Shown here in pieces: positions 1-9,270 of a stretch of DNA of 32,000 nucleotides. Where the stretch lies: assembly GCF_001306055.1 (NCBI RefSeq), contig NZ_LGHJ01000010.1, forward strand, positions 154,264 to 186,263. Reading direction: 5' to 3'. The translations under genes and the position numbers were made by a program. Every line of letters begins with the position of its first letter. Positions within the stretch are counted from its first letter, which is position 1. The DNA comes from Bellilinea caldifistulae. Its GTDB lineage: Bacteria > Chloroflexota > Anaerolineae > Anaerolineales > Anaerolineaceae. Under the pieces are notes generated by a model that was given only the letters and a program-made list of their open reading frames with translations, did no database searches and was not told the origin of the DNA.

Positions 1-477
1 CGCGGAGGGCCAGTCACTATCACCCACCCGGATATGAAGCGTTATTTCATGACCATCCCTGAAGCCGTTTATCTTGTTCTGCAGGCTGCCGGAATGAGTA
101 AAGGTGCTGAAACCTTTGTGTTAAATATGGGACAACAGGTGCGTATTCTGGATCTGGCGGAAGATTTAATCCGTCTCTCCGGTCTGGAACCTGGAAAGGA
201 CATTGAAATTGTATTTACCGGTGTGCGGCCGGGGGAAAAGTTGAGCGAAGATCTGTGGGACGAGGGTTTTCAATTCCTCTCGACCGAACATCCCGATATC
301 TTCCGTTCCCAAAACACCGAACCGCTCAGCAGTGAGCGGCTGGCCGAATTTGTGGATGAACTGGTCAATCTGGCCCGTGAAGGATCAAGCGAAGAGATTA
401 TTCACCTGCTCGATCAGTTTATTCCCGGAGCGGTTATTCAAAGCACACCCCCACCGGAGATCACTTCAATTATCTGA
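1..477 (+). CDS. 3' part of a CapD/PglF-like polysaccharide-biosynthesis nucleotide-sugar dehydratase/epimerase (5' end outside window)
   Basis: Frame 1 is open from nt 1 (..VTITHPDMKRYFMTIPEAVYLVLQAAG..FVLNMGQQVRILDLAEDLIRLSG..), which is the conserved C-terminal block of CapD-type enzymes. Stop TGA 475-477 overlaps the next ATG (TGATG). Confidence 0.7.
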   Translation, partial: RGGPVTITHPDMKRYFMTIPEAVYLVLQAAGMSKGAETFVLNMGQQVRILDLAEDLIRLSGLEPGKDIEIVFTGVRPGEKLSEDLWDEGFQFLSTEHPDIFRSQNTEPLSSERLAEFVDELVNLAREGSSEEIIHLLDQFIPGAVIQSTPPPEITSII

Positions 478-1472
478 TGGCTGTATTGGATGCGGCTCAG
501 TGGAGTACATTGCTGAAACAATTTCCCTCGGCACATTTACTGCAAACCGCCGAATGGGGTGAGTTCAAGGCCGCCTTTGGCTGGCAGCCACTAAGGCTGG
601 TCAGTGGCTCTGCCGCCGCGCAAGTTTTATTCCGTCGTTTACCGCTTGGTCTGACCATTGCTTATCTCCCGAAAGGTCCGTTAGGCTCCGATTGGGCGAA
701 TTTGCTGGCGGAAGTGGACGAACATTGTCGCCGCCAAAGGGCTATCTTCCTGAAAGTTGAGCCGGACTGCTGGGAGGATGAGCCGGACTTTACCCATTTG
801 CGGAATTACTTTACTGGCTGGTTTGAGTCAAGGCCAGTTCAACCCCGACGCACGGTTGAGATCAGTTTAGCGGGCAACGAAGAGGACTGGTTGAACCGGA
901 TGAAACAAAAGACCCGCTATAATATCCGCCTTGCGCAGCGCAAAGAGGTGGTTGTTGAAAATTCAACTGACGTGAACCTGTTTTATCGAATGATGGTCAC
1001 GACGGGCGAGCGAGATGGATTTGGGGTTCACTCGCCAGATTATTATCAAAGGGTTTTTGATTCGTTTGCGCCAAAGGGGATGTGTGTGTTGTTATTGGCA
1101 AAGTATCAAAACACGCCGCTGGCGGGGTTGATGATATTCGCCTTTGGCCAGCGGGCCTGGTATTTTTATGGAGCTTCCAGCAACGAGGAACGTCATCGGA
1201 TGCCAGCTTATTTATTGCAATGGGAAGCAATGCGTTGGGCAGCTTCTCGCGGTTGTACGGTTTATGATCTGTGGGGCATCCCGGATGAGGATGAAGAAGT
1301 ATTAGAAAGCCAGTTCTCGACACGAGAAGATGGCTTGTGGGGTGTTTATCGCTTCAAGCGTGGTTTTGGGGGAAGAGTACGTCGTAGTGTCGGCGCATGG
1401 GATCGGGTCTACCAACCGCTTCTGTATGCACTTTATCAGCAGTTTATTGCCCGGCGGCGAATAGAAGGGTAG
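477..1472 (+). CDS. FemAB/FemX-family peptidoglycan-bridge aminoacyl transferase (paralog 1)
   Basis: 331 aa. Blocks LLQTAEWGEFK, MKQKTRYNIRLAQRK, AWYFYGASS, MPAYLLQWEAMRWA, YDLWGIP and FKRGFGG are typical of the FemAB/MurM family (GNAT-like fold). Confidence 0.8.
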   Translation: MAVLDAAQWSTLLKQFPSAHLLQTAEWGEFKAAFGWQPLRLVSGSAAAQVLFRRLPLGLTIAYLPKGPLGSDWANLLAEVDEHCRRQRAIFLKVEPDCWEDEPDFTHLRNYFTGWFESRPVQPRRTVEISLAGNEEDWLNRMKQKTRYNIRLAQRKEVVVENSTDVNLFYRMMVTTGERDGFGVHSPDYYQRVFDSFAPKGMCVLLLAKYQNTPLAGLMIFAFGQRAWYFYGASSNEERHRMPAYLLQWEAMRWAASRGCTVYDLWGIPDEDEEVLESQFSTREDGLWGVYRFKRGFGGRVRRSVGAWDRVYQPLLYALYQQFIARRRIEG

Positions 1473-1476
1473 GAAG

Positions 1477-1995
1477 ATGGGGTTCTGTTTTCAGTGCGGT
1501 TCAGAATTGATTCGGTCATGGATGGAAAACCGGCAGCGCGAGGTTTGCCGGCGTTGTGGATGGGTTCACTATCCGCAGTTGAAGGTCAGCGCCGCGGCAA
1601 TGGTGCTGGAGGAAAATCGGTTGTTACTGGTCAAGCGGGCAACGCCGCCGTGGCAGGGCTGCTGGTATTTACCTGCCGGTTACGTGGAAGCCGATGAAGA
1701 CCCGGCCCACGCTGCCGAAAGGGAACTTTTGGAAGAAACCGGCTTGCTTGCTTGTGCGGGCGCTTTACATGGCGCCTATTTTTTTGACGATGATCCGCGC
1801 GGCAACGGTTTATTGCTGGTTTATCATATGCGCCTTACCGGTGGAAGTTTGAACCTCAATGACGAGACCGACCAGGCTGGCTTTTTTGAGATGAATCGAC
1901 TACCTTCTCCCTTAACCGGCGCCGGTCATGACCGGGCGATTGCCGAATGGGTAGCGATGACGAAAACTGATCGGGGGTTACAGAAATGGAATTAG
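1477..1995 (+). CDS. Nudix hydrolase with N-terminal zinc ribbon
   Basis: 172 aa. CFQCG..CRRCG zinc ribbon followed by a canonical Nudix box G-x5-E-x7-REllEExGl (GYVEADEDPAHAAERELLEETGL). Confidence 0.85.
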   Translation: MGFCFQCGSELIRSWMENRQREVCRRCGWVHYPQLKVSAAAMVLEENRLLLVKRATPPWQGCWYLPAGYVEADEDPAHAAERELLEETGLLACAGALHGAYFFDDDPRGNGLLLVYHMRLTGGSLNLNDETDQAGFFEMNRLPSPLTGAGHDRAIAEWVAMTKTDRGLQKWN

Positions 1996-3083
1996 ACCAG
2001 TGGAACGATTTGCTTCTTGACCTGCCAGCAGCTCACATTTTACAAACCCGTCAATGGGCTGAGGTGAAGGCCAATTATGGCTGGACGCCTTACCCAAAAG
2101 TCTGGCGGGATGAGGCCGGTAAGGTCCAGGCGGCTGCGCTGATTCTGGAACGTAGCCTGCGATTGGGGTGGTTTACCGCGGGGCTGCGGGTGATGTATGT
2201 CCCGCGCGGCCCTTTGATGGATTGGAAGGACGAACTTTGGCGCACCCGGGTGATTAGCGACCTGGAGAAAATAGCCCGTCGGCGGGGCGCCATTTTTCTC
2301 AAAATAGATCCGGAGGTCGTCATTGGTAAGGGCATTCCCCAGACGGAAGATGCGCTGGAAGACTCGCTCGGACGAGGCGTGATGAATTGGCTCAGGCAGC
2401 GTCGGTGGCGTTTTTCCACAGAGCAAATTCAATTTCGCAATACGGTCTGGCTGGACTTAGCCGGTTCGGAGGAAGACTGGCTGGCGCGAATGAAGCAAAA
2501 GACCCGTTACAATTTGAGGCTGGCTCAGCGTAAAGGTGTGACGGTTAGACTGGGAAGTATTCAGGATTTGCCGCTGCTATATCGAATGTATGCTGAAACC
2601 TCCCTGCGGGATGGCTTTACGATTCGCAGCGAAGCTTATTACCTGACGGTTTGGCAAAAATTTTTGGAAGCCGGCATGGCCGAAGTGCTGCTTGCGGAGG
2701 TTGAAGGAGAGGTAGTTGCCGGTCTGATATTGTTCTTCTTCGCTGGCCGGGCGTGGTATCTGTATGGAATGTCACGCAACCTCCATCGGGACAAGATGCC
2801 GAATTATCCTCTTCAATGGGAAGCAATGCGCCGAGCCAAAGCCCACGGCTGTCAGATTTACGATTTATGGGGTGCTCCGGATGAATTTATTGAACAGGAT
2901 CGCATGTGGGGTGTGTTTCGTTTCAAGCAGGGTTTGGGCGGGGAGGTGATTCGCACGATTGGTGCCTGGGATTACCCGGCCCGACCGCTATTGTATGTGC
3001 TTTATATGCAAATTTTGCCTCGTTTGCTGGAATGGATGCGCCAGCGTGGGCAGCAGCAGACTCGCAAGGAGGTTGGGGTATGA
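1986..3083 (+). CDS. FemAB/FemX-family peptidoglycan-bridge aminoacyl transferase (paralog 2)
   Basis: 365 aa with the same family blocks as 477-1472 (ILQTRQWAEVK, MKQKTRYNLRLAQRK, AWYLYGMS, PLQWEAMRRA, YDLWGAP, FKQGLGG). Overlaps the upstream gene by 10 nt. Confidence 0.8.
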   Translation: MELDQWNDLLLDLPAAHILQTRQWAEVKANYGWTPYPKVWRDEAGKVQAAALILERSLRLGWFTAGLRVMYVPRGPLMDWKDELWRTRVISDLEKIARRRGAIFLKIDPEVVIGKGIPQTEDALEDSLGRGVMNWLRQRRWRFSTEQIQFRNTVWLDLAGSEEDWLARMKQKTRYNLRLAQRKGVTVRLGSIQDLPLLYRMYAETSLRDGFTIRSEAYYLTVWQKFLEAGMAEVLLAEVEGEVVAGLILFFFAGRAWYLYGMSRNLHRDKMPNYPLQWEAMRRAKAHGCQIYDLWGAPDEFIEQDRMWGVFRFKQGLGGEVIRTIGAWDYPARPLLYVLYMQILPRLLEWMRQRGQQQTRKEVGV

Positions 3084-4042
3084 TGCCGCGGATTCGGATT
3101 GCTCATCTACCAACGCCGATTGAGCCATTACCTCGACTCGGTGCGGTGCTGGGCGGGATTAAACTGTGGGTTAAACGGGATGACCTGACCGGTTTGGCGG
3201 GTGGTGGCAACAAAATCCGTAAACTGGAATATGTGCTGGCTGAAGCTCAAGCCAATGGTGCGCGCACCCTCATCACGGTTGGGGCGGTACAGTCCAATCA
3301 TTGCCGGCAAACCGCGGCGCTGGCAGCCCGTTATGGCTTGGGGTGCATTTTAATCCTTTCGGGCGAGAAGGAAGTTTCGCCTTCCGGAAATTTACTTTTG
3401 GACCGCCTGTTTGGCGCAGATATCATCTTTTGTGGGGCCGAAGCACGCGATCAAGTTATTCAAAAGGTATTTGAGGAAACATGGTCGGCTGGAAAAAGAC
3501 CTTTTTTGATACCGCTTGGTGCTTCCACTCCCATTGGGACGGTAGGTTATTTGACCGCATTTGAGGAATTCTTAGCCCAGGAAGTAGATGTGGATTGGAT
3601 TGTGGTGGCATCCTCTTCGGCGGGAACTCAGGCCGGGCTGGTGCTGGGAGCTTTGAAAACAAGATGGAAGGGCAAGATTTTGGGCATCAGTATTGACCAG
3701 CCGGCAGCCGATTTGCAGCAGCGCGTGGCTGGCCTGGTTAATGAGACGGCAGAACGAATTGATTTGAAGGTGCGCTGTCGGCCTGAAGAGGTCATGGTCA
3801 ATGATGAATATCTGGGAAAAGGTTATGGTATACCTTCTCCGCAGGAAATCGAAGCCATCCGTCTGTTTGCGCGTTATGAAGGATTGCTGCTGGACCCCGT
3901 GTATACAGGCCGGGCGGCGGCAGGATTACTGGATCTGATCCGCAAGGGCTTTTTCAAACCGCAGGATCGTATCCTGTTCTGGCATACCGGCGGCACACCG
4001 GCTTTGTTCGCTGAGCGGTACCGTTCTTTATTGGGTGGATAA
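3080..4042 (+). CDS. PLP-dependent D-cysteine desulfhydrase / ACC-deaminase family enzyme
   Basis: MMPRIRIAHLPTPIEPL..KRDDLTGLAGGGNKIRKLEY (PLP-lysine motif)..GAVQSNH..WHTGG. Start chosen at ATG 3080, which overlaps the upstream stop (ATGATG/TGA). The track ORF extends to 2906 but overlaps the FemAB gene. Confidence 0.8.
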   Translation: MMPRIRIAHLPTPIEPLPRLGAVLGGIKLWVKRDDLTGLAGGGNKIRKLEYVLAEAQANGARTLITVGAVQSNHCRQTAALAARYGLGCILILSGEKEVSPSGNLLLDRLFGADIIFCGAEARDQVIQKVFEETWSAGKRPFLIPLGASTPIGTVGYLTAFEEFLAQEVDVDWIVVASSSAGTQAGLVLGALKTRWKGKILGISIDQPAADLQQRVAGLVNETAERIDLKVRCRPEEVMVNDEYLGKGYGIPSPQEIEAIRLFARYEGLLLDPVYTGRAAAGLLDLIRKGFFKPQDRILFWHTGGTPALFAERYRSLLGG

Positions 4043-4048
4043 TCAGCC

Positions 4049-6175
4049 TCAGGGCTTGATTGGCGGGCGCCAGGCTGCTCCAAAATCAAAGTCCTTGTCG
4101 GTTGTCAGGCGGACGAGGTTGGCGCCGTTAATGGTCATCAGGTAGATATCGTGGTTGCGGCCATCCGGCCAACCCTCAAAAGCAAGCCAATTGCCATCAG
4201 GAGATATGCTTACCTGAGCAACTGGGCCCGGATCGGTCTGACCACGAGGTGGAATACGGGCTGCCCGGGTGGTAAAGCGGTCCTCGTAGCGTAAGGCAAA
4301 CAAATTGGGAATGCCGTCCGATTTTAGCTGACTGAACAGAATAATCGTTCCATCCGGAACCCATTTCGGCCAAAGGTCATTGACTTCACCGCTCAACGAA
4401 AAGCGGTTCTGGAATTGACCGCTGTCGGACATGACCCAGATTTGTCCATAAACCAATTCCCGAACATAGGCAATTTGGGTACCACTTGGCGACCAGGCCG
4501 GTTGCTTTTCGGTATATCGTTCACTGGTCAATTGTTTCAGGCTGCTATCTAAAAAGTTGTAGAGATAAATATCGGGGTTGCCGGCACGGGTAGAGGTAAA
4601 TGCAAGTCGGTTACCATCCGGTGACCACGCCGGATCGTAGTCCGAAGCCGGGCTGGCAGGCAAAGGCAGAGGGATTGGGTCGCTGTTCGTAGTCAGATCA
4701 AGCGTGTAGATTTTGGCATTCTCGTACTGATCACGCCGGCCAGCACATGGCGAGATGAATGCCAGTTTCTGCCCATCGGGTGACCAGGTGGGCTGACAGG
4801 CACCGTCCGGCATATTAGTGAGTGGACGCTGCTGAGTTCCATCAGCATTCATCAGCCAGATTTGCATCACTCCCGTGCGATTGGAAGCAAATGCAATTTG
4901 CCCGCTTCCGCCAAACGCGGTGGGTGTAGGGCTGAAGGTGATGGTGGGAGTGGGAGTCTCGGTAGGTTCGGGTGTGGGGGTTGAAGTTGGAGAGGGGGAA
5001 GGGGTCTCAGTGGGTGTGGTTGAAGGGGGTAAAACAAAACCGATGGGCTGGGTAGTGGCTGCTACACTGATAAACAGGGTCGGGGAAGGCAAAGCGGGGA
5101 ACAAGGCGCTGCGCAGTGCCATAGGAACCCCCGGTTCAATGATGAAGAAGATGGTAAGCACACTGGCCAGCAGGAGGGAAACCGGCAGCAAGCCATTATT
5201 CCGCCTTCGACGGGCAACCGGTTTAGAGGTGCGCCTTTTTAACATTGGATCCATCACCGCAATCGGCTGTGATTCGCCCTCTACAGATCGGATGACCTCG
5301 CTGGAGGGAAGTAGATTTTCAAGCGGCGGGGGGGTCACAGTGATCTGGCTGATCGGCGGACGGTCAATTTCGCTGGCGTTGAGCAGCGCTTGCTTAAATT
5401 CCAATGCGCTTTGATAGCGATCTTGCGGATCCACTTCCAGGGCTTTTTCGATGACAACTGCCAGCTTGCGAGAAGTTTTTGGGGCAAATTCCCGCACAGG
5501 GGTCAATTCTGCTTTACCGGTCGCGCGGGACAAGCCATCTTCTGGAATTGTGCCGGTAAGACAGGCATACAGGGTCGCACCAAGCGAGTAGATGTCGGTA
5601 CGGGCGTCGGTCGGGGCTGTGCCGTATTGTTCTGGAGGGGAGTAGCCGGGTGTCATGGCTCTGGCCCCGGTGGTCGTTTGCTGGTTGCCGCTCATCACCT
5701 TTGCCAGGCCAAAATCCACGAGTGCAATTTGTCCTTCCGGGGTGATTTTGATGTTTCCGGGTTTAATATCGCGATGGATGATGGGGGGCGTACGGGTGTG
5801 GAGGTAATGCAGCGCATCACAAATGGCTACCCCAATCAAGATAACCTCATCTTCCGGCAGGGTTCCTAACCGTTCAATACGCTGGCGTAAATCTTCCCCG
5901 TCTATATAATCCATAATCAGGTACTGCCCCTGACCTGGAATCGTAAAATAATCTCCCACGCGGGGCAGGTTGGGGTGTCTTAAACTGGCGAGGATGTTGG
6001 CTTCACGTTGAAACTGGCGGGCATATTCATCCGTCAGAAACAGATTCTCCTTGACGGCAACCGCAATGCCCAAATTTTCATCCATCGCCTGATAGACGGA
6101 ACCCATCCCACCCTGACCGAGGATGGAGACGATCCGGTAGCGGTTATTGAGCAGAGTACCTGGAGCAAGCGGCAT
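4049..6175 (-). CDS. Ser/Thr protein kinase fused through a TM segment and Thr/Pro linker to a TolB/PD40-like beta-propeller
   Basis: 708 aa. Hanks kinase motifs GQGGMGSVY, VAVK, HRDIKPGNI, DFG and TPGYSPPE. Then a TM segment, a TPTETPSPSPTSTPTPEPTETPTPT linker and repeated PxWSPDG PD40 repeats. Confidence 0.9.
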   Translation of the reverse strand: MPLAPGTLLNNRYRIVSILGQGGMGSVYQAMDENLGIAVAVKENLFLTDEYARQFQREANILASLRHPNLPRVGDYFTIPGQGQYLIMDYIDGEDLRQRIERLGTLPEDEVILIGVAICDALHYLHTRTPPIIHRDIKPGNIKITPEGQIALVDFGLAKVMSGNQQTTTGARAMTPGYSPPEQYGTAPTDARTDIYSLGATLYACLTGTIPEDGLSRATGKAELTPVREFAPKTSRKLAVVIEKALEVDPQDRYQSALEFKQALLNASEIDRPPISQITVTPPPLENLLPSSEVIRSVEGESQPIAVMDPMLKRRTSKPVARRRRNNGLLPVSLLLASVLTIFFIIEPGVPMALRSALFPALPSPTLFISVAATTQPIGFVLPPSTTPTETPSPSPTSTPTPEPTETPTPTITFSPTPTAFGGSGQIAFASNRTGVMQIWLMNADGTQQRPLTNMPDGACQPTWSPDGQKLAFISPCAGRRDQYENAKIYTLDLTTNSDPIPLPLPASPASDYDPAWSPDGNRLAFTSTRAGNPDIYLYNFLDSSLKQLTSERYTEKQPAWSPSGTQIAYVRELVYGQIWVMSDSGQFQNRFSLSGEVNDLWPKWVPDGTIILFSQLKSDGIPNLFALRYEDRFTTRAARIPPRGQTDPGPVAQVSISPDGNWLAFEGWPDGRNHDIYLMTINGANLVRLTTDKDFDFGAAWRPPIKP

Positions 6176-6250
6176 TAATGTTTATTCTACCTAAATTAAA
6201 AATCGGCGACAACGAATTCAGGGATGGGTTTTCATAAATGAAAGGTGAGT

Positions 6251-6280
6251 TTGTTGGGCGGGTTACAGTCATGCTATAAT
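6251..6280 (+). promoter_or_regulatory. Candidate sigma70-type promoter for 6315-7307 (TTGTTG-N18-TGcTATAAT)
   Basis: TATAAT at 6275-6280 with an upstream TG (extended -10) and a weak -35 TTGTTG at 6251-6256, about 35 nt upstream of the ATG. Confidence 0.35.
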
Positions 6281-6314
6281 CACCGGTAGTGGCTCTGCCG
6301 AACAGGAATTCACC

Positions 6315-7307
6315 ATGAATCTGGACATTCGCACCGCTGTTCAAACCACTTTTCTTCTTTTGCTGCTGGGTGTACTGATCAGCATCTTTACCGGTGTACG
6401 TACCATTCAATCCGGTAAACGACTCTTATACTTCCGCAAGCGTCGCGAAATGGTTTCGCGTGGCTGGCGGTTTATCTTCACGGCAGTATTGCTCGGTGGA
6501 TTTGCCTTCGCAGTCAACCGTTACGCCGAACCGGTGGCTTACCAGATCTTTCCGCCTTCGCCGACAATTACTTTGACGCCTACGATTACCCTCACACCGA
6601 CGATCTCTCTTACCCCAACCATTACTTTGACGCCGACCCTCACCGAAACCCCGTTGGAATCACCAACCCCGATTCTGCCGGATGCAATTGCAGCCCAAAT
6701 CGAAACGACCATTACCCCAAATCCGGAGGCGGTTTTCAGCCGGGTGGTCATTGCCAAACAGATTGATAAGGATTTTCAACCGGTCAATCCGCAAACCGAA
6801 TTCCAAAATCCCGTGGGAAAGTTATATGCCACGTTCAGCTATGACAAAATGACAACTGGTGGGCAGTGGTCGGTCCTGTGGGTGCGAATGACCGATAATA
6901 AAATCTTGTGTTTTCTGACCGAACCATGGACAGGCAGTACTGGTGGTTATGGATATTCAGAATGTGAACCGCCTGCTGGCGAATGGCTGCCGGGAGATTA
7001 TGAAGTCCAGATTTTTGTCGGTTTACAGTGGAAATCGTTTGGCAGGTTTACCGTGGTGGGTGAACCGCCCACACCAACTGCGACCGCCACACCCTCGCGA
7101 ACCCCTTCCCCAACACCTACGGCAAGCGGGACACCAACCCCGACCTTTACCCGTACCATTACCTTGACTCTGACCCCCACCCAAACCCGTACGGTTACTT
7201 TAACCCCTACTGCGTCACGGACACCGACCATCACCATGACGCCAACTGTAACGCGAACACCGCGTCCCACCGACACACGCTGGCCAACTTACACGCCGGT
7301 CAGATAA
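6315..7307 (+). CDS. Membrane-anchored protein with Thr/Pro-rich tandem repeats, unknown function
   Basis: 330 aa. N-terminal TM helices, (PTITLT)x5 repeat, a globular middle region and a C-terminal TPT/TRT-rich tail. No recognisable catalytic motif. Confidence 0.6.
   Translation: MNLDIRTAVQTTFLLLLLGVLISIFTGVRTIQSGKRLLYFRKRREMVSRGWRFIFTAVLLGGFAFAVNRYAEPVAYQIFPPSPTITLTPTITLTPTISLTPTITLTPTLTETPLESPTPILPDAIAAQIETTITPNPEAVFSRVVIAKQIDKDFQPVNPQTEFQNPVGKLYATFSYDKMTTGGQWSVLWVRMTDNKILCFLTEPWTGSTGGYGYSECEPPAGEWLPGDYEVQIFVGLQWKSFGRFTVVGEPPTPTATATPSRTPSPTPTASGTPTPTFTRTITLTLTPTQTRTVTLTPTASRTPTITMTPTVTRTPRPTDTRWPTYTPVR
6561..6650 (+). repeat. Five tandem 18-nt coding repeats (PTITLT units)
   Basis: ccgacaattactttgacg / cctacgattaccctcaca / ccgacgatctctcttacc / ccaaccattactttgacg / ccgaccctcaccgaaacc. 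Synonymous drift between units. Confidence 0.8.
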
Positions 7308-7314
7308 TTGCAGG

Positions 7315-8247
7315 CTAAACCCGGGGTGCGGGGTTGCTCATTTCCGAAAGAGACCGGGCAATCTCTGCTGCCAGACGGCCATTGTTCAACAACAGTGCCA
7401 GATTAGCCTGCATACTGGCCCCGCCCGTGAGTTGATTGACTTTTTCCAGCAAATAGGGAGTTACAGCCGACCCACGAATGCCCAATTGTTCCGCTTCCTG
7501 CACGGCTTGGTGGATGATGTTTTCGATTGCATCTGCTGGAAGGGCTTTTTCAGCAGGCGGAGGATTTGCTACCAGGATGGCAGAATGAACGCCGGCTCCC
7601 CAATGAGCCAGCGCTACCTGAGCAATTTCTGCGGCGTTCTGGCAGACAAGGTTGACCTTCAGGCCGGATTTTCGGGAGTAGAAGGCCGGGAATTCATCAC
7701 TTTGGTAACCAATTACTGGCACACCAAAGGTTTCCAGCACTTCCAGCGTGGCGGGCAAGTCAAGAATGGCTTTCGCTCCAGCGCAAACCACAATCAGTGG
7801 CGTGATGCTCAATTCGTGAAGGTCAGCCGAAACATCGAAAGGGGCGTTGCGGTGCACGCCCCCAATGCCTCCGGTGGCAAATACCCGAATACCCGCCTGA
7901 TGAGCGGCAAAAAGTGTCCCGGCAACCGTTGTTCCACCGGATTCGCCGCGCGCCAGGGCAATTCCAAAATCTCGGCGGCTGATTTTTCGGACATGCTTCA
8001 TTTTTGCAAGCCGTTCGATTTCGGGGGCGGTTAAACCGACCCGAATTTTTCCATCTAACACGGCAATCGTGGCCGGTTCGGCGTTTTGGAGGCGGATGGT
8101 CTCTTCCATGTGGAGTGCCAGTTGCTGATTGTGGGGGTAGGGTAATCCGTGCGTGATCACCGCCGATTCCAGCGCAACAACTGGTTTGCCGGAAAAGAGG
8201 GCTTTTCGAACGGGGTTCGCAATTTCAAGGAAGTTGGCGGAGTTCAT
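7315..8247 (-). CDS. psuG: Pseudouridine-5'-phosphate glycosidase
   Basis: 310 aa. VALESAVITHGLPYP.., GGTTVAGT, ATGGIGGVHR and VVCAGAKAILD are hallmark blocks of the IndA/PsuG family. Abuts the kinase gene below. Confidence 0.88.
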   Translation of the reverse strand: MNSANFLEIANPVRKALFSGKPVVALESAVITHGLPYPHNQQLALHMEETIRLQNAEPATIAVLDGKIRVGLTAPEIERLAKMKHVRKISRRDFGIALARGESGGTTVAGTLFAAHQAGIRVFATGGIGGVHRNAPFDVSADLHELSITPLIVVCAGAKAILDLPATLEVLETFGVPVIGYQSDEFPAFYSRKSGLKVNLVCQNAAEIAQVALAHWGAGVHSAILVANPPPAEKALPADAIENIIHQAVQEAEQLGIRGSAVTPYLLEKVNQLTGGASMQANLALLLNNGRLAAEIARSLSEMSNPAPRV

Positions 8248-9198
8248 TTAGATGATCAATCGGTCGTACAGAAGTTCCAGTGACAGGTTGGGGACGACCG
8301 CACCGGTATGCGTCAGCGTCAGAGAAGCGGCGGTAACCCCCAGGCGGACCGCTTCGTCAATATCCATGTCGTTCAAAATACCAAAGAGGGTTGTGGCGGT
8401 CAGAGCATCCCCTGCGCCAATGCTATCAACAATCCGGGTTAATACCGCTGGAATGTGCCCGGAGGTTTGCGAAGTGGCATAACAAACGCCACCTTCTCCA
8501 ATGGGAATCACGGCAATTTCGACGCCTAAACGAACGAACTCACGGGCGGCGGCTAATGCGCTGGACACGTCATTCACCACAATCCGGTTATACAAGAGAG
8601 CCGAGGCTTCGCTGCGATTGGCATTCAGCAGAAAGAGCCGTGAAAGATGATTTTCGAAGCGTTTTGCCAGCGGCGTGGAGGTGGCATCCGCACAAACCGG
8701 AATGTTGTGACGTTTTGCCAGTGAAAAAACTGTCCTGAGGGTGGCCGGGGCAAGATTGGCATCCACAAAGACGAGGGCAGATTTGGCGAATAAATCTGCT
8801 AAGGAACGCAGGTAAGCCGACGAAATATGACGGAGAATGGACATGTCGTCCAATCCGTAGTAAAGATTTCCGTTTTCGTCCAGAATTGCGATGTACGCTG
8901 CGGTGCTGGCATCGCTGACTTGCAAACAGTGACTGACTTCAACACCAGCGGATGCGGTATGCTGGAGAAGTTGTGAACCAAGATCGTCTTTGCCGACTGC
9001 CGATATCAGCGTAACCGGTTGGCCTAAACGGGCAAGATTTTCCGCCACGTTGCGGGCGACGCCCCCAAAGGATGTGCGGACGTGGGCTGGGTTGGAAGTA
9101 CCGGGTTCGGGTACACCGATGGGCTGGCCTAACACATCCAGACTGGCGGCTCCAATGATAAGTACCCGTTTATCGGGATGCAAACTGTCCAGGTACAT
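8248..9198 (-). CDS. psuK: PfkB-family sugar kinase, probable pseudouridine kinase
   Basis: 316 aa. PfkB signatures (GGVARNVAENLARLG; DSIGAGDA near the C-terminus). Stop directly abuts the psuG start, the classic psuK-psuG pairing. Confidence 0.75.
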   Translation of the reverse strand: MYLDSLHPDKRVLIIGAASLDVLGQPIGVPEPGTSNPAHVRTSFGGVARNVAENLARLGQPVTLISAVGKDDLGSQLLQHTASAGVEVSHCLQVSDASTAAYIAILDENGNLYYGLDDMSILRHISSAYLRSLADLFAKSALVFVDANLAPATLRTVFSLAKRHNIPVCADATSTPLAKRFENHLSRLFLLNANRSEASALLYNRIVVNDVSSALAAAREFVRLGVEIAVIPIGEGGVCYATSQTSGHIPAVLTRIVDSIGAGDALTATTLFGILNDMDIDEAVRLGVTAASLTLTHTGAVVPNLSLELLYDRLII

Positions 9199-9270
9199 AC
9201 GGAATTTGTCCTTTTCGGCTGGCGAGATGGGATGGATTATTTTTTATTCTACCAGACAATCTTCGCCTTC

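Noticed and set aside
2906-3079. N-terminal extension of the DcyD-like ORF
   Set aside because: It overlaps the 3' end of the FemAB paralog in another frame. Family homology begins at MMPRIRIAHLPTP, and ATG 3080 is stop/start coupled.
4875-7276. Val/Gly-rich ORFs (4875-5414 plus, 6539-6757 minus, 6998-7276 minus)
   Set aside because: They are reverse-complement readings of Thr/Pro-rich linker codons (ACN/CCN read as NGT/NGG), which is an artefact of low-complexity coding repeats.
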